A DNA stretch of 64,000 nucleotides from Mobula hypostoma (Eukaryota), in the NCBI RefSeq assembly GCF_963921235.1, contig NC_086118.1:16866001-16930000 (forward strand). The letters are read 5' to 3'. Below, piece by piece: positions 37,035 through 50,193 of the stretch. A program made the position numbers and the translations under genes. The notes under the pieces are model-generated. The model ran no database searches. It had not been told where the DNA came from and saw only the letters and a list, made by a program, of their open reading frames with translations. Within the stretch, counting starts at the first letter, position 1. Every line of letters begins with the position of its first letter.

Positions 37035-37406
37035 ACAAGAGGAGATCTGATCGCGGTACACAAAATTATGAGGAGTATGCAAGCAGACTTTTTCCACTGA
37101 AGTTGGGTAAGATTACAACTAGAGGTCATGGGTTAAGGGTGAAAGGTGAAAAGTTTAAAGAGAACATGAAAGGAACCTTCTTCACTCAGAGGGTCGAGGG
37201 TGGAATGAGCTGCCAGCATAAGTGATGGATGTGATTTCGATTTTGATTCAATGTTTAAGAGAAATTTGGATAGGTACATGGATGGAAGGGGTATGGAGGG
37301 CTGTTGTGTCCAGATGCAAGCAGATGGGAGTAGGCACTTTAATTGGTTCGACATGGACTAGATGGGCCAAAGGGCCTGTTTCGGTGCTGTATTTTTCTAT
37401 GATTCT
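37035..37406 (+). mobile_element. CR1 3' fragment inserted in Rex1
   Basis: RGDLIAVHKIMR...TRGHGLRVKGEKF...FFTQR and CR1 tail. Confidence 0.8.
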
Positions 37407-37715
37407 TTGACATCATGTTACTAAGTTCTTCATCTCTGACACATCATTATTTGAGATTCAGCCTACTAACATGGTGTCATCTGCACACTGTTGGCTGGAA
37501 TTAAAGAAGAATCTGGCCATGCTGTCGTGGGTGCACAAGGTGCAGACTGAGAACTTAGCCTTGTGGGTCAGTGTTGAGGATAATCATGGTGGAGTATTGC
37601 TGCCTATTCTGACAGATTGTGTTCTGTTGGTCAGAAAGTCATGGGTTCAATTGCAAAAGGAGGTGATGAGTCCCACGTCCAGAGGTTTGGGGATGATTTT
37701 CCTTGGAATTATAGT

Positions 37716-38306
37716 GAGGCCTTCCATTATAGTGAGGTCGACTACAGGTGTTGTGTCCCAGCTGTCTACTTGATAGGCAAGCCAGGAGATCAAGCTGTTG
37801 CCCATGTAAACATAGAAAACCTACAGCACGATACAGGCTGTGCCGAACATGTAGCAGGCTCCCCTTCTCCACACAGCTGATAAATCCAAAGGAACGGCAG
37901 AGACCAATACAGTTTGGCACTGGTGGACTCACAGAGATTGCCAGTCAGTGTTGAACTCAACATAGGACTGCCTTAGGGAATCCAGCTCCGGATTTTTCCT
38001 TGGAGTTTATTCCCAAAGCCTTTCCACGAGTGGGTATAACTGCAAGGCAGCGGAGGTTTGTGATCTGAGTTTTCCTTCTCGTAGGTGAGCTGCCAGCCAT
38101 GGCTGATGAGCCCCATTTGCCTGAAGTAGCTGGTTTTAAGGCACCAGTAACCTGTCTTTGCCCCTTCTCCTGTCGGTAGAAATGATTCCACCAGGCTTAG
38201 TAGCTAAGCCACATCAGAAGGCCAGGAGCTGGACTTGGTTGAGTGGTCTTGGTTACATTTGAGTTGTAAGCCACTACCATGCTTGGTTACAACAATCTTA
38301 AGGAAC
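37716..38306 (-). mobile_element. Non-coding ~590 bp retroelement, copy 2
   Basis: 12-bp TSD TGGAATTATAGT at 37704-37715 and 38307-38318; homologous to 27690-28250. Confidence 0.75.
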
Positions 38307-39439
38307 TGGAATTATAGTACTGAAGGCAGAACTGTAGTCCATAAATAATAGATTAACTCTGGTGCCTTTCTGTCCAAGTGCTCCAGAGATGAGTGCAGGG
38401 CCAAGAAAATCCTATCTGTCATGGACCTGTTTCAGTAGGAGGTGAATTGCAGTGGGTCAAGTTTGTCTGGGAGGCTGAAGCTGATATGTGCCTTAACCAA
38501 CTTCATGAAGCACTTCATGGATGTCAGTGCCACTGGGCAATATCTATTAAAGCATGTTACCTTGTTTTTTTTTAAGTTACCATGATGATAGTGGTCTTCT
38601 TCAAGAAGGTTGGAACTTCAGACTGAATCAGAGCAAGTTTAAAGGTGTCAGCACATATCCTCCACCAGCTGATATGCACAGGAGTGAAGGACACAGCTGG
38701 GAACACCATCTGGGCCACATGTTTTCTGCAGGTGCACTCTCTTTTGTTAGCAACGTTGTGTGACTTTGTTTTGTAGCCTGTTATAGGACGTAAACCCTGC
38801 CACAACTGACATCAGGTCTGGGACTCGATCTTAGACTGGTATTGTCCCTTGGCATCCCTGACAATTTTTTGAAGGTTTTATCTCGATTTCTGGTATAGGC
38901 TGCAGGCCTGCACTTCATTAGGGTGTGATTCTCCCAGTTTATCCATGGTTTCCTGTTTGGGGACACCCAAATTTACCTCTTTGCGACACAGTCCTCTTCA
39001 CACTTGCTGACAAGGTACACGACAGTGGTGATACAATCTAGTCGGGCTGCTGAATATGGACCAGCTTACTGACTGACCCAAGACAGTCACACAAAAACTC
39101 ATCTACTTCCTCAGTGCAGCACCGAACAGCTTTCTGTACTGGATCCTCATGTTTCAGTGTCTGTTTGTAAGCAGAGAGAAGGAGCATAGTCTAGTGATTT
39201 GTTCCACCAATAAGTGGATCGGTAGACATTTTTGATGTTGTGTAGCAATGGTCAACAGTGTTTGGGCCCCTTTTGAGACAGAAGATGTGCTGGTAGCATT
39301 GTGGTAACACGCTCTTACAGTTGGCCTGGTTGAAGAGACCAACTACGAAGAAGGCCAAAGGGTATCCCATTTCAAGCCTGTTGATCACAGAGTAAAGTTT
39401 ATTGAGTGCAAGCTCCACATCCATCTGGTGTCGGATATG

Positions 39440-40123
39440 GTGGTTCATCCATCATCGTCGATGAAGACCTTGACACCATTAGTCACTTTGAGACTGGATG
39501 CAGTGTGTCCAAAGATGACTGGTCAGGCCAATTCGGGCACGGAATGTCCTGGCACATGTTGGGCAGACATGTGTTGGCACTGCAGTTGTTGCGCTGGTGG
39601 CTCTGGACTTGCGCAGCTCGCGCTTGTATTGTGTTTCAGCAATGCGCCTTGCTTCGTAAGCCTGACAGCCCTTGTGAATGAGGCTGCGCCAGGTAGGGCG
39701 GTTTTGTGCCAGCGTCTCCCAGGAGGTCGTGTCTATGTCAAATGACTTCGAAGAGGCCTTTAGTGTGTCTTTGTAACATTTCTTCTGCCCTCCATGCAAG
39801 TGTCTTCCAGCAGAGAGTTCCCCAAAAAGGAGCTGCTTGGGGGTATGCGCTCGTCCAGCATGCGGATGACATGACCTGCCCACCGGGTCTGTGCTCTCAT
39901 CAGCAGTGTGTGGACTGATGGCAGACTTGCTCTAGAGAGAACTTCAGTGTCTGGTACTTTATCTTGCCACCTGATGCCTAATATTCTGCGAAGAGAAGTC
40001 ATGTAGAAATGGTTGAGCTGTCTTGCATGCCTTCAATACACAGTCCACGTTTCGCAGGCACACAGGAGGGTAGTGAGTACCACGGCTCTGTAGACCTTCA
40101 GTTTCGTTGCTGGACTGATTCCT
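39440..40123 (-). mobile_element. RTE (BovB-like) LINE 3' fragment
   Basis: KLKVYRAVVLTTLLCACETWT, LRRILGIRWQDKVPDTEVL, RWAGHVIRM.DERIP, WETLAQNRPTWR, CPTCARTFRARIGLTSH. Confidence 0.92.
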
Positions 40124-40859
40124 GTATGTATGCCTGTGGGATATAGGCTGCCATCAGAATAGCAGAAGAGAACTCATGTGGCTGGTGTATGGGTGATTCT
40201 TCACTGTTAGATATTCCATGTCAGATGAGCAAGAACCTGCCAGGACTGTTACAGCTGAGCACCATGAAGAGTTAATTGGGAAGCAAACACCTCTGCTTCT
40301 TGTTTTGTCAAGGATACCATATGACTCATCTAATGAATTGACATGGTTGTTCGGTGCAGTCAGTTGAGGCACGTTCAAGTCATGTTTCAGTGAGAAAGAG
40401 CACACAGAGTCCCTCACAGCTCAAACACTGTGGGCAAGTTTGGAGAAGTAATTCATGGAAAGACACAAGTAAAATTTTTGTTGAAATATATGGACAATTG
40501 CCTTGAAGGACAGGAACAGTAGAATATAACATCATTTAATGGATTCATTCCTTGACAATTTCAGAAGTTAGCAAGTGAGAGAAAGGAATGAGCAAAAGAA
40601 ATAGTGTAAGAGTGACTCATTGGATGAGTTAGAGAATGAGCAAGTCTGGGAGATAGCATCATGGTTTTATCCTGGAGATCTCATGAAGTTGCTCAGAACT
40701 AACTTACACCAAGGAGACAGCACACATATTTTGTTAAATATGTCCAGCAATGAATCAGTTTTACAATATGAGAGCTTCTTCAAAAGATTCTTATTATCCC
40801 GAAAAGAAGCAGTAATAGGTGTTAGTCTGGGCGAATGATCTACAAACTTCTCTAAGTCC

Positions 40860-41345
40860 ACAAGGGTCGGTTATATCAACTGTGAAGTAGTGAACAAGCT
40901 CAGGAATCCTCAACAACGTCTGTCTGGGCCGGCATTTAAATCATCCAAACAGCGGGTCATACCCCACACTGGGACCCGGGCCCTGCGGCAGCAATACGTT
41001 TTTGGCCTGCCCATAATCAACCTTTCCGGATCAGCTTGGCTTTCAGATTGATCCAACCTCACTCCTGGTTTAGGTGGATGGGCTCCAAAACTCCTCCAAT
41101 TTCTTTCCAATTTGTCGCTCCAAATCCATCGCTAACTCTGTTTTGACCATGCCTCCACTTCACCCTGACCAACTCTCTTTGAACATGCCATGCTCCAACT
41201 TGACACTCGAGACAGCCTTGTCTTTGCTTGCTCCTTTATTCTTTGCAGTGATAGTTTACCACAGGAAAGTGTTATTAGTCAAGGATATCGTCATGTTTCT
41301 TGCCTTATGACCCACCAGTTAACTTCAGTAGCACCATCTTAAACT
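40860..41345 (-). mobile_element. Possible L1/Tx1-type 5' end and ORF1 remnant
   Basis: Starts AAGATGGTGC. Coiled-coil-like and AHPPKP fragments resemble L1 ORF1, heavily decayed. Confidence 0.4.
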
Positions 41346-41589
41346 GGTGTCAAAGGCAACGGAGAGGAGGCAGGAAAGGGATAATACATCAATCATCAGC
41401 AAATAGCCTCACTCTGCTCCTATTTGTAATGGTCTTATGGTAACACCCAGGTTTCAAGCAGCAAAAACAGATGGCATTTACATACTAAGTAACTGGAACA
41501 TTTTCTGAATAATTGCATCCGGATAGTCATTCTGCTATTATTACCTCCATGAAAGAAAAATGAGAACTGTGAAATAGGTAAATGGAAGG

Positions 41590-41850
41590 TATACTTTGCA
41601 CCAGAGTAAGGCCCTTCAGCCCACTGACCCAATGCTGACCATCAAACACTTATATACAAAATACCATTTTATTCTCCCTTCCAATTCTACACACCCAGTG
41701 TAATTAAGCGGACCATTAACCTGCTAACCAATGCATCACTGGGAGGATTTAGAACGTCTGGAATAAGTCCACATGATCACAAGGAGAACAAGCAAACTCT
41801 ACACAGACAGCACCGGCGTTAGCATTAAATCTGGCTTGCCAGAAGTTAAA
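41590..41850 (-). mobile_element. HE1-like V-SINE, decayed
   Basis: GGCCCTTCAGCCCA tail and GAGAACAAGCAAACTCTACACAGACAGCACC core, as in other copies. Confidence 0.55.
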
Positions 41851-43050
41851 GTAATTTCACACGAAAGTCGATGTTATTTATTAATTAATATTAGACCAAT
41901 CGCTAGCTCTCAGGTTTAGCTCCCATGCAGAGTACTGAACTTGAAGGGACTGCTGGAACACATTCTTTTATTCCATCTGTGCTATCAGTACTTTCAAGGG
42001 TTATGACTGCAATAATATCACAAGTGCTGGAGGCACATGAGCCAGAGCTCTATGCTTGTGCCAAAAATATAAGAGCTGCTGTTGCTTTACGTCAACATGC
42101 TGAACCGAATTTCTCAGCACTCCCAGAGCACCAGTCCTGCCTCTCACAGCACTGCCCAGTTAAGTTTTTTTTACATTTTTTGGTTGTGGTTTATATGGAT
42201 TTCTTAGAGTCAAATATATAATTCAATGCAGCAAAAGGAACTTCCATTAATTTTGCAGCAATCCCGATTTATTTCACTACATACTTAACAATGAGTATAA
42301 CAAACAGCGCAATGGAAAGTATTTTTCTATGCTTGGTGGAAGAGACAGGGTTTAATAAGCATTCGAAAAGAGAATAGTAAGTCAGAGTTGGAAAAGTTTC
42401 ATGAAGAGTTTTATGCCTAAGCAAGAGAAGGTGTGATGAAAAATGGATCACATAAGGAAGTCAGAATTTGAAGGCTATTGGTGTTATTTCTGTCTGGAAA
42501 AAAATGCTTGCAAAACACCCCATAACCAGTGCGATCAAAGGTTGTCAACAGAATAGAAGAGAGCTGGTGAAAAGAGAAAAAAGTTTAAGTCAAAATTCAA
42601 AGTCTGCAATAGAAAACTTTCTTTCAACAGTATCACAGGCACGTTGCAAAATAGAATCTGCATTCTCAATAAAAATATAAACAAACAAATAAAACAGGAA
42701 ATATGGATTTTAGACAGGCATGGATATATTACATTTACTGCTTATCAATTTTTTTACATTTCACAAGAGACCATACCAGCAAAGTAGCAAGTAAATTGCA
42801 TAGTTGCAAATAAACTGCACAGGGAAAATAAATGAGAAGGTGCATCAAAGTTAGGTGGATCCTGTTGTTGCTTTCCATGATTTCAATATCCTTCATGATT
42901 TTGACAAATATTTTCAGTGAGCTTGGGGAAAAGAAATTCACCAGTTTGTCATAATTGTAGAGGATTCATTAAAGCAAAGTAAATAGCAACCATTCATGTT
43001 TCTCAGTAAGAGTTCTCTCTCAGCTCAAACAATAAAGCCAAAATGACTGA

Positions 43051-43177
43051 TAAACACAAGAAAGACTATAGATGCTGGAAATCCAAAGTAACACACACAA
43101 AGCACCAGAGGAATTCAGCAGATCAGGCAGCATGTATGGAAAAGAGTAAACGGTTGCTGTTTCAGACCGAGTCCCTA
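43051..43177 (-). mobile_element. Penelope terminal fragment ending inside the hammerhead stem II
   Basis: Homologous to 2375-2495; stops at TTTCAGACCGAGTCCCT, where CR1 sequence begins. Confidence 0.7.
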
Positions 43178-46100
43178 GATCACAATTCTATCTCAATTAT
43201 AATAGCATTGGAGAGGGATAGGAACAGACAAGTTAAGAAAGCGTTTAATTGGAGTAAGGGGAAACATGAAGCTGTCAGACAGGAACTTGAAGCATAAATT
43301 GGGAACAGATGTTCTCAGGGAAATGTACGGCAGAAATGTGGCAAACGTTCACGGGATATTTGCGTGACATTCTGCATAGGTATGTTCCAAAGGAAGAAGA
43401 TGGCAGCAGTGATAGGGGACTCTATAGTTAGGGGGTCAGACAGGTGGTTCTGTGGACGCAGTAAAGAAACACAGATGGTAGTTTGCCTCCCAGGTGCCAG
43501 GGTCCGGGATGTTTCTGCTTGCATCCACGATATCCTGAAGTGGGAAAGTGAACAGCCAGAGGTCATGGTACATATACGAAAAGGGAGGTGGTCCTGAAAA
43601 CTGACTACAGGGAGTTAGGAAAGAAACTGAGAAGCTGGACCTCAAAGGTAGTAATCTTGGGATTACTGCCTGTGCTATGTGACAGTGAGTAAAGGAATAG
43701 AGTGAAGTGGAGGATAAATGCGTGGCTGAGGGATTGGAGCAGGGGGCAGGGATTCAGATTTCTGGATCATTGGGACCTCTTCTGGGGCAGGCATGAACTG
43801 TACAAAAAGGACGGGTTGCACTTAAATCTGAGGGGGACTAATATCCTGGCAGGGAGGTTTGCTAAGGCTATTGGGGAGAGTTTAAGCTAGAAATGCTGGG
43901 GGTTGGGAACCGAACTGAAGAGGTGGTCGGAAGGGGTGGTCGGTTCACAGATAGAGAAAGCTTGTAGGCAGTGTGAGAGGGAGGATAGGCAGGTGATAGA
44001 GAAGGGATATGCTCGGATTGATGGTTTGAGATGTGTCTATTTTAATGCAAGGAGTATCATGAACAAAGTGTGGATCAATACTTGGAGTTATGATGTTGTG
44101 GCCATTACAGAAACTTGGATGGCTGAAGGGCAGGAATGATTACTTCGAGTGCCAGGCTTCAGATGTTTCAGAAAGGACAGGGAGGGAGGCAAAAGAGGTG
44201 GGGGTGTGGCACTGCTGATCAGAGACAGTGTCACGGCTGCAGAAAAGAAGGAAGTCATGGAAGGATTGTCTACTGAGTTTCTGTGGGTGGAATTTAGGAA
44301 CAGGAAGGGGTCAATAACTCTTTTGACTGTTTTTACAGACCACCAAATAGTAACTGGGGCATCAAGGAGCTGATAGGGAGACAGATTCTGGAAAGGTGCA
44401 ATAATAACAGAGTATCATGGTGGGAGATTTTAATTTCCCAAATATTGATTGGCATCTCCCTAGAGCAAGGGGTTTAGATGGGGTGGAATTTGTTAACTGT
44501 GTTCAGGAAGGTTTCCTGACATAACATGTAGATAAGCATGCAAAAGGAGAGGCTGTACTTGATCTGGGAAATGAATATGGTGAGGTGTTAGATCTCTCAG
44601 TGGAAGAATGTTTTAGAGATAGTGATCACAATTCTATCGCCTTTACCATAGCATTGGCGAGGGATAGGAACAAACAAGTTAGGAAAGCGGTTAATTGGAG
44701 TAAGAGGAAATATGAAGCTATCAGGCAGGAACTTGGAAGCATAAATTGGAAACAGATGTTCTGAGGGAAATGTACAGCAGAAATGTGGCAAACGTTCAGG
44801 GGATATTTGTGTGAAGTTCTGCACAGGTACGCTCCAAAGAGACGGGGAAAGGATGGAAGGGTACAGAAACCATCATGTACACAGGCTGCTGAAAATCTAG
44901 TCAAGAAGAAAAGTTTATGAAAGGTTCAAAAAACTAGGTAATGATAGAGACCTAGAAAATTATAAGGCTAGCAGGTAGGAGCTTAAGAATGAAATTAGGA
45001 GAGCCAGAAGGGGCCATGCGAAGACCTTGGCGAGCAGGATTAAGGAAAACCCCAAGGCATTCTCCAAGTATGTGAAGAACAAGAGGGTAAGATGTGAGAG
45101 AATAGCACCAATCAAGGGTGACAGTGGAAAAGTGTGTATAGAATTGGAGGAGATAGCAGAGGTACTTAATGAATATTTTGCTTCAGTATTCACTACGGAA
45201 AAGAATCTTGGTGATTGTAGTGATGACTTACAGTGGATTGAAAAACTTGAGAATATAGACATTAAGAAAGAGGATGTGCTGGAGCTTTTGGAAAGTATCA
45301 AGTTGGATAAGTCACCGGGACCGGATGAGATATAACCCGGACTACTGTGAGAGGTGAGGGATGAGATTGTTGAGACTCTGGCGATGGTCTTTGCATCATC
45401 AATGGGGACAGGAGAGGTCCTGGAGGATTGGAGGGTTGCGGATGTTGTTTCCTTATTCAAGAAAGGCAGTAGAGATAGCCCAGGAAATTATAGACCAGTG
45501 AGTCTTACTTCAGTAGTTGGTAAGTTGATGGAGAAGATCCTGAGAGGCAGGATTTATGAACAGTTGGAGAGGCATAATATATTAGGAATAGTCAGCATAG
45601 ATTTGTCAAAGGCAGGTCGGGCCTTATGAGCCTCATTGAATTTCTTGAGGATGTGACTAAACTCATTGATGAAGGCAGAGCAGTAGATGTAGAGTATATG
45701 GATTTCAGCAAGGCATTTGATAATGTACCGCATGCAAGGCTTATTGAGAAAGTAAGGAGGCATGGGATCCAAGGGGACATTGCTTTGTGGATCCAGAACT
45801 GGCTTGCCCACAGAAGGCAAAGAGTGGTTGTAGGCAGGTCATTTTCTGCATTGAGGTCCATGACCTGTTGTACGCCTCAGGGATCTGTTCTGGGAACCCT
45901 TCTCTTCGTGATTTTTATAAATGACCTGGATGAGGAAGTGGAGGGTTGGGTTAGTAAATTTACTGACTACACAAAGGTTGGGGCTGTTGTGGATAGTGTG
46001 GAGGTCTGTCAGAGGTTACAGCAGGACATCGATAGGATGCAAAACTGGGCTGAGAAGTGGCAGATGGAGTTCAACCCTGATTAGTGTGAGGTGGTTCATT

Positions 46101-46856
46101 TTGGTAGGTCAAATATGATGACAGAATATAGTATTAATGGTAAGACTCTTAGCAGTGTGGAGAATCAGAGGTATCTTGGGGTCCGAGTCCATAGTACTCT
46201 TAAAGCTGCTGCACAGGTTGACTGTGTGGTTAAGAAGGCATACGGTACATTGGCCATCATCAACCATGGGATTGAGTTTAAGAGCTGAGAGGTAATGTTA
46301 CTGCTATATAGAACCCTGGTCAGACCCCTACTGTGCTCAGTTCTGGTCACCTCACTACAGGAAGCATGTGGAAACTAGAGAAAGGGTGCAAAGGAGATTT
46401 TCAAGGACTTTGCCTGGATTGGGGAGCATGCCCTATGGGAATAGGTTAAGTGAACTTGGTCTTTTCTCCTTTGAGTGATGGAGGATGAGAGGTGACCTGA
46501 TAGAGGTGTATAAGATGATGAGAGGCATCAATCTTGTGGATAGTCAGAGGCCTTTCCCCAGGGCTGGAATGGCTAACAAAGGAGGGCACAGTTTAAGGTG
46601 CTTGGAAGTTGGTACAGAGATGTCAGGGGTAAGTTTTTTTTTTACACAAAGAGTGGTGAGTGTGTGGAATGGGCGGTCAGTGACGATGCAGGAGGTGGAC
46701 ATGATACGGTCCTTTAAGAGACTCCTGGATAGGTACATGGAGCTTAGAAAAACAGAGTGCTACCCTAGGTAATTTCTAAAATAAGTGCATGTTCGGCACA
46801 GCATCATTGGCCAAAAGGGCCTGTGTTGTGCTGCAGGTTTTCTATGTTTCTATGCT
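43178..46856 (+). mobile_element. CR1 LINE (ORF1 esterase half, ORF2 APE-RT, 3' tail), decayed
   Basis: AVIGDSIVRGSDR..VVCLPGARV (SGNH esterase), DGLHLN, LRCVYFNARSI, GDFNFP, KSPGPDEI, YMDFSKAFD, PQGSVLG; (TTCTATG) tail. Confidence 0.93.
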
Positions 46857-48203
46857 TCTGAAGAAAAATGAATTGTTATTTGTGATCTTGCCTAATAAGA
46901 CATATTAAGAAGTTTCTCTACAAAGAAAGTTCTATGCTATCATTGCAGGTTTTTCATGCCTAGTTGATTTTACAGCAAACTACGACTCTCTAAGAACAAT
47001 TTTTAGGACATGTTGAAAATGTTCCCATTGTCAGTTTTGTCAAGTCTGAGTAACTTTAAACACCAGGAGATGATAAATCTGGCATAGATCCACTGTGAAA
47101 TAAAAGTAGCTGTGTTCACCAACTATTCTATTTGCAGCACAAAGGTGAAAATAAAGTAGTAGAATTTTAAAAATTAAATGGCAAACTCTAGAAAATGACA
47201 GTGGTTAAAATAGGTGGGACACAGCATCACCTCCACTTGCAGTCAAATTATAGCCTTCTCTTTTAGCGTATGAATACAATACATGTATTTAGTTTTTAAG
47301 TAGATTTCCATTTTTCTTGATCTTCTTATTTATGCTGAATTGCTAATGCTGTGTTAATTTTACATTTGAAATGGATTGTATGCTGTGATATTGGACGCAA
47401 TTGTAACAGGTTTGGAGGAAAGCTATATTTCAAGTATTTAGAGAAAAAAAGCATTATTAGAATGATAATTCCAAGACCCGGCAGTTTAAACTAGTGACAA
47501 TGAAAGAAGCCACAACAGTTAAAGCAGAAGATATTCTGTATAATCGTTAAAGGCTGGATGCCTGGAGGAGGATCTGTGGCAGAATTACAGACTCAGGGTT
47601 TAACAAGTTAACAAACCACTCGAAGTTTACTCTTACAATTTACAATGCCATCTGCACCCTTTATTTGGACAACTACCATTTTTTTCGATATCCAGTGCTA
47701 CCATGTGCTGAGAATATTTCACTTTGAGTAATTATATACGAATTGTTACCAAATTTACAGTGACTGAAACATAGTTGTTAATTCAGTTCTTCTGTGTTGA
47801 GGTTTTCATAATACAGTGCTATCAAGCACTCTATTGCTAATATGCTAACGTTAACATACAAATTGCTGTCAACAAAGAGAACAGACCTAAAAACATATAA
47901 AAGTTTAATAAATCTCCTCTTAAACTTTATAGTGTGGATTTTAAAAATAATAGATACTTTGGAGGGACTTCAAGGCTTTAGTTCCTCTTTAGAGTTCAGA
48001 TATCACTGCTGAACTTATAAACTGCTCAAGATTTGAAATTGTCGTTTATGATGTAACCTCCAGTTCCCAATCAGTTAACAGCCTTGAAATCATCTCCATT
48101 TTAATGACTTGTGACCAAAATATTATTGTATCATTCTACAAAATGCAGCAAAATAAAACTGTCCAAGTAAAGCTAACCGATGTTGGTAAGGGTCATCAAA
48201 CTT

Positions 48204-48393
48204 AAACATGAGGAATTCTGCAGATGCTGGAAATTCAAGCAACACACATCAAAGTTGCTGGTGAATGCAGCAGGCCAGACAGCATCTCTAGGAAGAGGTA
48301 CAGTCGACATTTTGGCCCGAAACGTCGACTGTACCTCTTCCTAGAGATGCTGCCTGGCCTGCTGCGTTCACCAGCAACTTTGATGTGTGTTGC
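48204..48393. mobile_element. Fold-back Penelope mini-element (75-bp-arm hairpin)
   Basis: Arms 48239-48313 and 48319-48393 are near-perfect inverted repeats. 15-bp TSD AGGGTCATCAAACTT at 48189-48203 and 48394-48408. Same family as 109-1882. Confidence 0.92.
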
Positions 48394-49744
48394 AGGGTCA
48401 TCAAACTTTTGGAACTAGACATGCAGACAAAGTTAATCTGCACTAAATGACAGAAACAAAACTGAATTCTAGTAACAACAAAATACCCATCTCCACTGAC
48501 TCAGTGGCACAGATTGATGCCCACAGATATCTGAATGTTCCTCCTCTCAATTCTATTTGAAATAATTGACCTTCAGAAGAATTGAGAAAACCATCTGAAA
48601 CTCAAGTTTCCTCCATATGCGTAGAAAAAAATTAACAAAGATTTTGAGTAAGGTGTTTGGGAAAGATGGAAACAGTTGAGTAGCAGCATTGCATATTCAA
48701 TTATCTAAATAATGAATTGTGCACTCATTTGAAAATTAGTATAAATTGTAGAAGGAAATTATTGATTATCATGTTTTGAACATTTAATACAGCAAAATCA
48801 TTCAAAGGTACATTGCAAGAGGATTATAAAATAAAATAAAACTGATGCCAGGCTTTTAAAGAGTTTTTATAGCCTCATTAGAGGTGCCTTCCTCAAGGTA
48901 TAAAGGCTCAAAGTTCTAAGGGGGAGTTCCTGGAATTTAAAGCCTTGTCATCTGAAGGCATGACCAGAAGCAATACAATGAACAAATGCTGATATGTGCA
49001 AGTTTCAATTTGGAGAACCCTGGTGCCTAAGTTATCCATCTGCAAGATATGCTGCAGATACTTAATACTTCAATACTTAACTACTTCTAGAAAAATAAAT
49101 ACACAATAATATTATGGGTTCCTGGTTATGTAGCATTCCAACTTAGCATTACGTCATCATTGCTCCAGATAAATTATGGAACTCTCCTATTGACACAACC
49201 TTACGTGTACTTTTACCACAAATAGCAAAGTTCAAGGCAAAAGTCACCAGAGCTTTAACAAATACAACAGGGCATTTTCATTCATTGCATCAATGGAATA
49301 AAAAAAATTGACCAATTTAAGACACAATTTAAAAAGACGTGCAGCTTATCAGTGGCTGTCACAACCCTGAAATAAGGCAGCTCTTGCAACTGGCACCACA
49401 TTCCACATGAATAAATTGGAAAATATGGTAATTTATTTTATACATGGGAAAATCCCATAAATTGCAAAATATGACCAAAATTTGATTGTTGTTGGTTTTG
49501 TTCATGGTCAATGGTTAATTCACTTTGTGTACATTCTGACTTTATTCCATCTGTTGTCTAGACCTGCATGCCTCACCTTGCAGGTAATCCAAGACCAAGT
49601 CTTTATATACTGTGTACATCATCCAAATTACTCACAAGGGATGAACAATGGAAAGCTACTGGGAAGCTAGCAAATGATAAAACACTAAACAAAATGAACA
49701 ATAAAAAAACAGAAACATACAGAATACTACCACTTTTTAAAGAA

Positions 49745-50085
49745 AAAGTTAAATTTATTATCAAAGTATGTATAGATTACCATTCTGTATACTACCTTGT
49801 GATCCATTTTCTTTCAGGCTTTTACAGGAAATTAAACACAATAAAATAGATGAAAAACTATATATATAAACAAAGACTCACAAATAACCAATGTGCAAAA
49901 GATGACAAATTTTGTTTAAAAATTATAAATAATACTGAGACCATAAGCTGTAGAGTCCTTGAAAGTGAGTCTGTAGGTTGTGGAATCAGTTAAGAGTTGT
50001 GGTGAGTGAAGTTATCCACACTGGTACAGGAGCCTGATGGGTATAAGATAATAACTGTTCCTGAACCTGGTAGTGTTGGACCCAA
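49745..50085 (-). mobile_element. Rex1-type LINE 3' end
   Basis: AAAGTTAAATTTATTATCAAAGTA tail and AACTGTTCCTGAACCTGG motif. Confidence 0.6.
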
Positions 50086-50193
50086 GTGTCTGTAGCTTCT
50101 CTCCATGATACCTCATCAGGAGATTATAAGATTGCTAGCACATTTAGACAGTTCAGATCTGTGCTATTTAAAGGCTTTGAAAGGGGTTCTTTC

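Larger units (their letters stand above)
36305..40400 (-). mobile_element. Long decayed Rex1/Babar LINE (APE+RT) carrying three nested insertions
   Basis: FKYLGVNI.NNL.W, HLYLLRRLKKF, ADTFKLAL.QSEVPT.LKKTTII, WQGL..ITGYK, GLFNQAN, TVDHCYT, SRGVCF.INSSWC. Confidence 0.82.
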
